In this document: positions 30,733 to 39,400 of the stretch, one piece after another
Layout: each line of letters opens with the position of its first letter
How positions within the stretch are numbered: position 1 is the first letter of the stretch
Origin: an uncultured Bacteroidales bacterium
GTDB lineage: Bacteria > Bacteroidota > Bacteroidia > Bacteroidales > F082
DNA: 64,000 nt
Assembly (NCBI GenBank): GCA_937926515.1
Contig: CALAZZ010000227.1
Coordinates: forward strand, 6,464-70,463
Direction of reading: 5' to 3'
The notes under the pieces: generated by a model
Databases searched by the model: none
What the model saw: the letters and a program-made list of their open reading frames with translations, nothing else
Told to the model about the DNA's origin: nothing
Translations under genes and position numbers: made by a program

Positions 30733-31611
30733 ATGAAATTAGACCCAAAACAAACCGAACATCAACGCTTTCATAGACTGCTGTTGGGGTCCATTGCTCC
30801 GCGTCCTATTGCTTTTGCCAGCACCATTGATAAAGCAGGGAATCCCAACCTGTCCCCTTTCAGCTTTTTCAATGCATTTGGCGTAAATCCCGCCACATTG
30901 ATCTTTTCGCCTTCGCGCCGTGGACGCGACAACACAACAAAACACACTTATGAAAACCTGAAAGAAGTACCTGAGGTGGTCATCAATGTGGTTTCCTACA
31001 ACATGGTTCAGCAGATGAGCCTGGCAAGCACTGAGTATCCTAAAGGGGTGAATGAATTTACCAAATCGGGCTTTACTGCCATACCTTCAGAAAAGATCAG
31101 GCCGGCCAGGGTTAAGGAATCTCCGGTTCAATTTGAATGTAAGGTCAGGCAAATAGTTGAAACCGGTGATGGCCCCGGGGCCGGTAACCTTATCATTTGC
31201 GAGATACTGCTCGCTCATATTGACGATCGCATTTTAGACACAGATCAACTCATCGACCCGGATAAGATTGACCTGGTAGGACGTATGGGTGGAAATTATT
31301 ATGTCCGAACATCGGGAAAAGCCAAATTCATCGTTCCTAAACCATTGGCAAAGCTTGGGATCGGGATTGACAGCCTGCCGGAAAAGATCCGGTACAGCCC
31401 ATTGCTCAGCGGAAATGAGCTTGGTTTACTTGGCAATCTGGAAGCCATGCCTGCACCAGAAGAAATTGAGGCGTTTCGCAGCAAAAACAATCAATATGAA
31501 ATACTTAAGGAAGAGCCTGAAAAGCTATTTCGCGAAGCTAAATTGGCCATTGAAAAAGGTGATGTGCTATTTGCCTTAAAATTGCTTCTTGCCTTTGTTC
31601 AAACTGACTGA
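30733..31611 (+). CDS. Flavin reductase-like (FMN-binding split-barrel) domain protein with a C-terminal extension
   Basis: The ATG at 30733 gives MKLDPKQTEHQRFHRLLLGSIAPRPIAFASTIDKAGNPNLSPFSFFNAFG..., which looks like a flavin_reduct-type domain. It is the last gene of the hmgA-hppD-fahA string. The in-frame TTG at 30679 is an alternative start. Confidence 0.7.
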   Translation: MKLDPKQTEHQRFHRLLLGSIAPRPIAFASTIDKAGNPNLSPFSFFNAFGVNPATLIFSPSRRGRDNTTKHTYENLKEVPEVVINVVSYNMVQQMSLASTEYPKGVNEFTKSGFTAIPSEKIRPARVKESPVQFECKVRQIVETGDGPGAGNLIICEILLAHIDDRILDTDQLIDPDKIDLVGRMGGNYYVRTSGKAKFIVPKPLAKLGIGIDSLPEKIRYSPLLSGNELGLLGNLEAMPAPEEIEAFRSKNNQYEILKEEPEKLFREAKLAIEKGDVLFALKLLLAFVQTD

Positions 31612-31776
31612 CAGCTAAAAGAATTTGGAATCATTCTAAATTTCATTCATAATCCAGTTTCTGATTCTCCAATTTATTTATCCAACACATTGGATTTCAT
31701 TATTTTATATCAGCCCATCCTTTAGATTGCTTCCCTTGGCTACTCATGGTAATTTTTTACGCATATTAATTAAGTG

Positions 31777-31784
31777 TAATTTTG
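31777..31784 (+). promoter_or_regulatory. Candidate -7 promoter element (TAATTTTG) upstream of the first C25 protease
   Basis: TAnnTTTG match 64 nt upstream of ATG 31848, in a 236-nt AT-rich spacer. Confidence 0.3.
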
Positions 31785-31847
31785 TTTTGATCGCTAAAAT
31801 GGATGAACACAATATTATTTTCTATCATTATTTTTAAAATTTTCAAA

Positions 31848-34800
31848 ATGAAAAAAAGTTACCCTATGCCCCTTGCCGGCATAAGCAAGATTTCGAATGT
31901 TCTGATCCTGCTGATGTTTCTATTTTCAACAGCAAACCTTTTCGCCCAGGATTATGCCATCAATTTCAACAGGGCAGCCACCACAGTTGACCTTGAAAAG
32001 GACAATGCTGATGAACTCAAACTTACATTCACATACAATGGCATTCAAACTTTTGGTGTTGAAGCCGAAAGAGGTTTGTATAACGAGATCATTATACCTG
32101 GAACCTACGCTGTTGGATCTGTTGGTACACCAAAACTTCCTGCCTCAAAGCACCTGATTGAAATTCCCTTTGGTGCCGAAGTCAATGTCAGGGTGACGAA
32201 TTTCACCGTTACCGAGTATACACTCTCTGAGTATGGTATAGATCACCTGATTATGCCGGTTCAACCCTCATTACGTAAAGATATGGACATGAGTGATGTA
32301 AAATTCGAGTTTGATGAATCCCTTTACACCAAAGATGGCTTTGTTACACACGAATTAGCCACGGTAGAGATCCTTGGTGTGATGCGAAGCTATCGTATAG
32401 CCCGACTTACGGTAGCTCCAATTGCCTACAATCCTGTTACTGGAATTATTAAGGTATACAATGACATCGAAGTAGAAATAAGTTATGAAAATGCAGACCT
32501 GGCACTCACCAATCACATTAAATCGTCAACATATTCACCTTATTTTGATGCTATTACAAGTAATTTGCTAAATAGTCCTTTCAGAGACGATTATCCCGAT
32601 CATCCTGACCTGACCACTTATCCTGTTCATTACCTGATCGTCTCGGACCGCATGTTTGAAAGTACATTGGAACCATTTATTGAGTGGAAAACACAGAAAG
32701 GATTTTATCTTACTGTGGCCTATACAGATGAAATAGGAACAAGCTACGGCCAGATTCAAGCATACATTCATGCCCAGTATAACAATGCCACTCCTGAAAA
32801 CCCGGCTCCAAGTTTCGTTTTGCTCGTTGGTGATACACCCCAAATACCTGCAACCGTTGGTTCCTCATCCGGAAAAATGACTGACCTGTATTATGCCAGT
32901 GTTGACGGTGACTATTTTCCCGAAATGTATTATGGTAGGTTTTCAGCTACAAGTCCGGCACAACTACTACCTCAGATCGAAAAGACCCTTTATTATGAAA
33001 GATACGAATTTGATGACCCCGGTTTTCTCGACAAAAGTACCCTGATCGCCGGTGCTGATGGCACCTGGAACCCAAGGGTTGGTCAGCCTACCATCCATTA
33101 TGCCACACAGAACTATTGGAATGAAGAACATGGATACACCGATGTGTTTGCCTATCTGACAAGTCCTTATACCGGATGCTATGATCCTGAGCGTATTGCA
33201 GTAAGCTATATTAACTACACCGCACACTGCAGCCAGGGTCTATGGGGCGATCCTTCACTCACTATAGCCCAAGTCAACGCATTTGTAAATGAAGGCCAGT
33301 ACCCGCTAGCTATTGGTAACTGCTGCCTGTCAGCTGATTTTGGTTATCCTGAATGTATAGGTGAAGCTTTCGTAAGAGCACCAAATAAAGGAGCTGTTGC
33401 TTATATCGGATCATCACCGAACTCCTATTGGTTCGAGGATTTCTATTGGGCTGTAGGTGCATTCCCTATTCAGGGCAATAATGATGGCTATGTACCTACC
33501 TTTGAAGAAACCTCCCTGGGAGCCTATGATGGTCCCTTTGTAAGCGATTACATTTCAGCCAGCGGTATTGTCTTTGTCGGGAACCTGGCTGTAACCGAGG
33601 TTGATATACAAGGTTACCCGAGCCATTCAAGCCCGCTCTATTATTGGCAGGCATATAATGTATTGGGCGATCCTTCAATTGTCACCTACAACACACAGGG
33701 CGCTACCAATGATATTACACATATGCCCATTTTACCAATCGGACTTGACTATTACGAGGTAGAAGCTCTTCCAGGATCCTATGTTGCCATTTCCAAGGAT
33801 GGTATATTACACGGTGCTGCCCTGGTTGATGAAAGTGGTCAGATCGAAGTACCCATTGAACCGGTTCTGTCATCCGGCATGGTAGACATTGTAGTAACCA
33901 GGCCACAGACAATACCCTATATGCACCAGGTGCCTGCTGCAGCACTCGAAGGGCCTTATGTTGTCCTGGACAGTTATGAAATAAACGATGTCAATGGAAA
34001 CAACAACGGCCTGGCTGACTATGCCGAAGATATTAGCCTCCACATCACCCTTAAAAACGTTGGTGCTGATCCTTCAGATGATGCCATCGCTACGGTTACC
34101 GGCACAGACCCATACATTACACTTACCGGAACTAATTCGCAAAATTTTGGCCCAATCAACAATGGCGAGACCGCCACTCTGGAAGATGCTTTTAGTTTCA
34201 GTATTGATGCTTACGTGCCGGACCAACACCAAGCTAGTTTCATCATGGAAATCACTGATGGATCAGACAGCTGGAGTTCAAACCTAAGAATTACAATTCA
34301 GGCTCCTGTATTACAAATACTTACTGAAGTAATCATAGATGATTCTGAATCAGGGAACGGAGATGGTATTCTTGATCCTGGCGAAACTGCAGAGGCCATT
34401 TTAACACTAAAAAATGCCGGAAACAGTGCCATTGAAGATGTATTAGCCTCTCTTACTACAAATGATAATATGCTGACCATCAATACAGATGAAGTAATGG
34501 TAAACTGGCTGGATGGTGGTATAACTACAGAGCTATCTTTTAACGTCACTGCTGATGAAGAAAGTCCTATTGGGTATCCGGTTTACCTCGATGCTGAGGC
34601 CATAGGTGGCCCTGATGACCTCTATTCTGCGAGTCAGAATGTGATGATCGTTATAGGTTTAATTCCGGAATACAATATGACAAACGGAACCATAACCACT
34701 TGTGTTGGGCTTTTCTATGATTCCGGAGGCCCAAACAGCGACTATGGCAACAATGAGAATTACACCATGACGTTCTTGCCTTCGATGGAAGAATCGATGA

Positions 34801-36419
34801 TGGTTGCCAACTTTTTATCTTTCAGTACCGAATCAGGGTATGATAAACTTTATATCTACAATGGTGAATCAACGATGGCACCGCAATTCCCCGGAAGTCC
34901 CTTCGACGGAACCAACAGCCCGGGTGAGATTATGGCATCCAATCCGGCAGGAGCATTGACTTTCAGGTTTACCTCTGACGGATCAGTAACACGTCCGGGA
35001 TGGGAGGCAGAAATCAGCTGCCATATCATAGACTCACCACCGGAATGTGCCTCTAACCCATCACCCTCTGATGGTGCAGAGAATGTACTCCTTGCTACAG
35101 CACTTAGCTGGACCTGCATCAATGCATCAGAATATGATGTCTATTTTGGCTTTTCAGATAACCCTCCCTTATATAATACAACCAGTGATAATTTCCTATT
35201 GATGGATCTGGAGCCAAACACAACCTATTATTGGAAAATAATTCCATCAAACAGCTTCGGTTCGCCTTCGAATTGTCCGGTTTGGACCTTTGTAACAGGT
35301 GGTCCGGAATACATAATGACAGAAGGCACTTTCGTTGTCAACAATGGTATGTTTTACGATTCAGGTGGTCCCAATGGTGACTACGGCAACAATGAAAATA
35401 TCACCATGACATTTTTACCTGTCGTGGATAACCATAGTCTTAAATTTAATTTTCAGTCGTTTAATACAGAGTCCGGATATGATTTTCTTTACATCTACGA
35501 TGGGCCTGATATCAATGCTCCGCAGTTTGCCGGAAGTCCTTTCCATGGCACCAGCAGCCCGGGAACAATAGTTTCGTCACATGCCAGTGGAGCCATCACA
35601 TTCAGGTTTACGTCAGATGTGTCAGTTACAAGGGCCGGATGGACAGCTTCATTCCAGATTGATGGCCCGCTCTCTGTCTTTCCCGAAGCATTTCCCTCTG
35701 CAATTTGCGGTGATGGTGCTGCTCAATTAAAAGCCAACGCTATCGGAGGAACAGGTAATTACAATTATACCTGGGAACCTTCGGCCAGTTTGAATGATCC
35801 TTATTGCCTCAATCCAATTGCAAGTCCGGAAGTTACGACATTGTATACAGTTACTGTTGACGATGGCGACAACATCATTAATGGTGAAGTGTTGTTGGAA
35901 GTACATGAGGTGGCTGAAATATATTTAGGCAACGATACCATCCTGTGTGCCCCATTCTACCTCGAATTGGATGCCACCATTCATAATGGTGTAAGTTATT
36001 ACTGGGAACCTAGCGGCGAAACCACCCCTGTTATAACAGTTGATTCGACCGGAGTTGGTTATGGCACCAAAACTTATCATGTGACCGTTATTGATGAAAA
36101 TGGATGTATGGTCGAAGCAAGTATAAACGTAACATTCGATCCCTGCACCTTTATCGAAAGTAAATCCAGGGAGGTGAAAGTTGCAGTTCATCCGAATCCG
36201 GCTAATTCTGTATTAAACCTGAATATACAAGGGAACAGTGATTTTGTTGAATATTTTCTCCTGAATTATCAGGGACAGGTTCTTGATGCAGTTACGCTTG
36301 GGCGTCTCAATGGGTCCCTAAATAGAACGATCAATGTTTCGACCTATCCCAAAGGAATCTATTATATTCGCATCAATACAGATAAAGATGTGATGGTAAG
36401 TAAGATCGTAATTAATTAA
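31848..36419 (+). CDS. Giant secreted C25 (gingipain-like) cysteine peptidase with twin beta-sandwich module, CUB-like / FN3-like / CUB-like cassette, Ig-like domains and a T9SS CTD (protease A)
   Basis: MKKSYPMPLAGISKISNVLILLMFLFSTANLFA signal. C25 hallmarks YLIVSDRMFESTLEPFIEWKTQKGF, LLVGDTPQIP, MTDLYYASVDGDYFPEMYYGRFS. Candidate catalytic His in INYTAHCSQGLWG and Cys in LAIGNCCLSADF. C-terminus VAVHPNPANSVLNLNI...GIYYIRINTDKDVMVSKIVIN matches a T9SS CTD. ATG 31848 is preferred over 31803. Confidence 0.85.
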   Translation: MKKSYPMPLAGISKISNVLILLMFLFSTANLFAQDYAINFNRAATTVDLEKDNADELKLTFTYNGIQTFGVEAERGLYNEIIIPGTYAVGSVGTPKLPASKHLIEIPFGAEVNVRVTNFTVTEYTLSEYGIDHLIMPVQPSLRKDMDMSDVKFEFDESLYTKDGFVTHELATVEILGVMRSYRIARLTVAPIAYNPVTGIIKVYNDIEVEISYENADLALTNHIKSSTYSPYFDAITSNLLNSPFRDDYPDHPDLTTYPVHYLIVSDRMFESTLEPFIEWKTQKGFYLTVAYTDEIGTSYGQIQAYIHAQYNNATPENPAPSFVLLVGDTPQIPATVGSSSGKMTDLYYASVDGDYFPEMYYGRFSATSPAQLLPQIEKTLYYERYEFDDPGFLDKSTLIAGADGTWNPRVGQPTIHYATQNYWNEEHGYTDVFAYLTSPYTGCYDPERIAVSYINYTAHCSQGLWGDPSLTIAQVNAFVNEGQYPLAIGNCCLSADFGYPECIGEAFVRAPNKGAVAYIGSSPNSYWFEDFYWAVGAFPIQGNNDGYVPTFEETSLGAYDGPFVSDYISASGIVFVGNLAVTEVDIQGYPSHSSPLYYWQAYNVLGDPSIVTYNTQGATNDITHMPILPIGLDYYEVEALPGSYVAISKDGILHGAALVDESGQIEVPIEPVLSSGMVDIVVTRPQTIPYMHQVPAAALEGPYVVLDSYEINDVNGNNNGLADYAEDISLHITLKNVGADPSDDAIATVTGTDPYITLTGTNSQNFGPINNGETATLEDAFSFSIDAYVPDQHQASFIMEITDGSDSWSSNLRITIQAPVLQILTEVIIDDSESGNGDGILDPGETAEAILTLKNAGNSAIEDVLASLTTNDNMLTINTDEVMVNWLDGGITTELSFNVTADEESPIGYPVYLDAEAIGGPDDLYSASQNVMIVIGLIPEYNMTNGTITTCVGLFYDSGGPNSDYGNNENYTMTFLPSMEESMMVANFLSFSTESGYDKLYIYNGESTMAPQFPGSPFDGTNSPGEIMASNPAGALTFRFTSDGSVTRPGWEAEISCHIIDSPPECASNPSPSDGAENVLLATALSWTCINASEYDVYFGFSDNPPLYNTTSDNFLLMDLEPNTTYYWKIIPSNSFGSPSNCPVWTFVTGGPEYIMTEGTFVVNNGMFYDSGGPNGDYGNNENITMTFLPVVDNHSLKFNFQSFNTESGYDFLYIYDGPDINAPQFAGSPFHGTSSPGTIVSSHASGAITFRFTSDVSVTRAGWTASFQIDGPLSVFPEAFPSAICGDGAAQLKANAIGGTGNYNYTWEPSASLNDPYCLNPIASPEVTTLYTVTVDDGDNIINGEVLLEVHEVAEIYLGNDTILCAPFYLELDATIHNGVSYYWEPSGETTPVITVDSTGVGYGTKTYHVTVIDENGCMVEASINVTFDPCTFIESKSREVKVAVHPNPANSVLNLNIQGNSDFVEYFLLNYQGQVLDAVTLGRLNGSLNRTINVSTYPKGIYYIRINTDKDVMVSKIVIN

Positions 36420-36428
36420 TCATAGTTT

Positions 36429-36472
36429 GGAACCCTGCCTGTATCATTGCAAAACAGGCAGGGTTCCTTTTC
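36429..36472 (+). terminator. Rho-independent terminator after protease A
   Basis: The 14-bp perfect stem ggaaccctgcctgt / acaggcagggttcc (loop atcattgcaaa) is followed by tttt. Confidence 0.8.
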
Positions 36473-36488
36473 TAAAACCTATTAAAAA

Positions 36489-39400
36489 ATGAAAAAAAGT
36501 TTTACCCTATTCACCTTATTCGCAATCCTAGCTTTTAGCCTTTATGGTCAAGAATGGATACCGCTTGCTTCGGACACACCAACCCCATTGAGCCAACAAC
36601 TCATACAGTCTGACGATCAAAGCGTTATCATTAAATTTGACATTGAAGGCTTTTTTATGAAGACAGTGGAAACACCAAAAGGTAAGGAATATATTATATC
36701 TATTCCGAAGGCAGTTTCCATGACCGAGGCAGAAGCTCCTGACCTGCCCAGGTATGGTGTATCAGCCATCATTCCTGACCTTGACCTGATGAAGGTCCGG
36801 GTGTTGGACTACAGTTATACAGACTTTGAGGGTATTGCGGTAGCACCTTCTAAAGGAGATTTTCCCAGGAGCATCGATCCCGAATCTATCCCATATGTTT
36901 ATGGGGATGCTTATGACCGTGATGAGTTTTTTCCTGACATTCGTGCTGAACTTCAGGAACCCTACATCTTGAGAGATTTCAGGGGACAGGTGGTTACCAT
37001 TTATCCGATTTCATATAATCCCATAAGGCAAGTGTTGCGCGTATATCACGAAATGACCGTTGAAATATTCAGCGATGGCATCGGAGGCGAGAACCAATTC
37101 CAACGTCAAAGTGAAGTATTAAAGATGGATCGTGAGTTCAAACACATCTACAACCACCAATTTATCAATTACGGTGAGTTCAGCCGTTATCCAATTCTTG
37201 AAGAAGAAGGAAATATGCTGGTCATCAGCCATGGTCCTTTTATGGAGGCCATGGAGCCTTTTATAGAATGGAAAAAAACCATTGGCCGTCCTATTGAGAT
37301 GGTTGATGTGAGTACAATAGGAACCTCCCCATCAGCGATCAAATCATTTATTACAGACTATTACAACGATAATGGCTTAACACATCTGTTGCTTGTCGGT
37401 GACCACCAGCAGGTACCCAGCCAATCCATGTCAGGCGGGTTCTCTGATAATTTTTATGGTTACTTAGTTGGAAACGACTCATATAATGAATTGTTTGTAG
37501 GCCGGTTTTCAGCCGAAAGCGTGGCTCATGTGGAGACACAGGTACAAAAAGTCATTGAATACGAGCGCGACATGAATGAATCCGACACCTGGTTAAACAT
37601 TGGAATGGGTATTGCCCGCAATGAGGGAACAGGATCGGGCCATTACGGAGAAAACGACTATGTACACATGGATTTTATCCGCGACAGCTTACTGAATTAT
37701 ACCTATGTCAATGTGTATAGAGAATATGATGGCAATGTGCCCGGCGTACCCAACACAAACTCAACACAGATGATGCAGCGCTTCAATGATGGTGTGAGCA
37801 TCACCAATTTCTGTAACCACGGCCACCAGAATGGATGGAGTGTTGGTAATTTCAGTTCCACTCACGTCAACCAGCTCACCAATGTGGGCAAGCTGCCTTT
37901 CATCTGGTCGGTAGCCTGCGACAACGGACGTTTTACCAATGGAACCTGCTTTGCTGAAGTTTGGATGCGCGCCACACACAATGGTGAACCTAGTGGTGCC
38001 ATCGCAACCATGATGTCATGGATATCACAACCATGGCAACCACCAATGACCGGACAGGATGAAATGGTGACCATACTCGTGGAAGGTTATGCCAATAATA
38101 TCAAACGCACGTTTGGTGGAAACTCAATAAATGGCAGTATGCGCATGATTGACCAACATGGAACCTCCGGACGCAGCACTCATGATACCTGGATCTTGTT
38201 TGGCGATCCATCCCTCACCGTCAGGACTGATGTGCCTTCAGCAATTGCCGTTGACCACATGCCCGCAGTGTTCCTTGGATTCACCGAATTTACCGTTAAT
38301 GCCGATGCAGAGGATGCTATTGTAGCCCTTACCATGGATGGTGAGATCATTGGAACAGCTTATGTTGAAAATGGTGTGGCTGTTGTGGAATTTGATGCAC
38401 TGGAAGAACCAGGAGAAATGACGGTTGCAGTTTTTGCTTATAACAGAATTACATATATTGAGACCATCGAAGTAATTCCTGCTGCCGGCCCCTTTCTGGC
38501 ACTCAATTCTTTTGAAATTGATGATAGCGAAGGAGGAAACAATAATGGGATTATAGATTATGGAGAAACCATTGTACTGGGTGTGGCCCTGAAAAATTTG
38601 GGGATAGAGAACGCTACTGGCGTTATAGCATCGATATCAACTGAATCAGATTATATAAATATCATTGAGGGCGATCAGGAATACGGTATCATAGAGCCCG
38701 ATGAAATTCTTATGATTGAAGATGCTTTCCTTTTTGAAGTTGTTGATGGCATTCCTCATGACACTCCTATTTTATTCGATCTGAATATCGTTGGCAATGA
38801 AGACACCTGGACAGGAACGATTAATCTAACAGCTTCTGCCCCAACTCTTGTTGTTGGAAGCTATATAGTTGATGATGCTACCGGCAATGACAATGGACGC
38901 CTCGATGCCGGAGAAACAGCCGATATCATTATCACTACGGAAAACCTTGGCGGAAGTGAGTCTGTTGATGCCTTAGGAAGTATATTACTTAGCGATCCAT
39001 GGATAACAGTGAACAGCAGTGAGTTTGAATTTGGAAGCATAGAAGCAGGTGAAACGGTTTATGCTGTTTTCAATGTAACTGCTGACATTAACACGCCTAT
39101 AGGACACTTTGTTGAATTTATGTATACCGTTGAGGCAGGTGAATATATGGCCGAAAAAGAATTTGCAATAAAAGTAGGTTTGATACTGGAAGATTTTGAA
39201 TCAGGCGACTTTAGCCAGTTTGACTGGACCTTCTCCGGCAACCAGCCCTGGATCATCACCAACATTTTACCAATTGAGGGAAATTACTGTGCACGCTCTG
39301 GTATGATCAGCCATAACCAACAGACCAGAATGATACTGGAATACAATGTTGGCACCGCAGATACCATATCATTCTATCGCCGCGTATCTTCAGAATCAGG

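Noticed and set aside
31803-31847. Upstream alternative starts for protease A (31803), protease D (45841), the flavin reductase (30679), the oxidoreductase (52764), DUF4294 (56804) and the lipoprotein (26733).
   Set aside because: In each case an internal ATG gives a canonical signal peptide or domain start (e.g. MKKSYP..., MKNFFTF..., MKLDPKQ..., MLKIGVLGAG..., MKRLVTIL...). The upstream extensions are mostly non-ATG starts (TTG where I checked the codon) and add atypical residues. I kept them only as alternatives.
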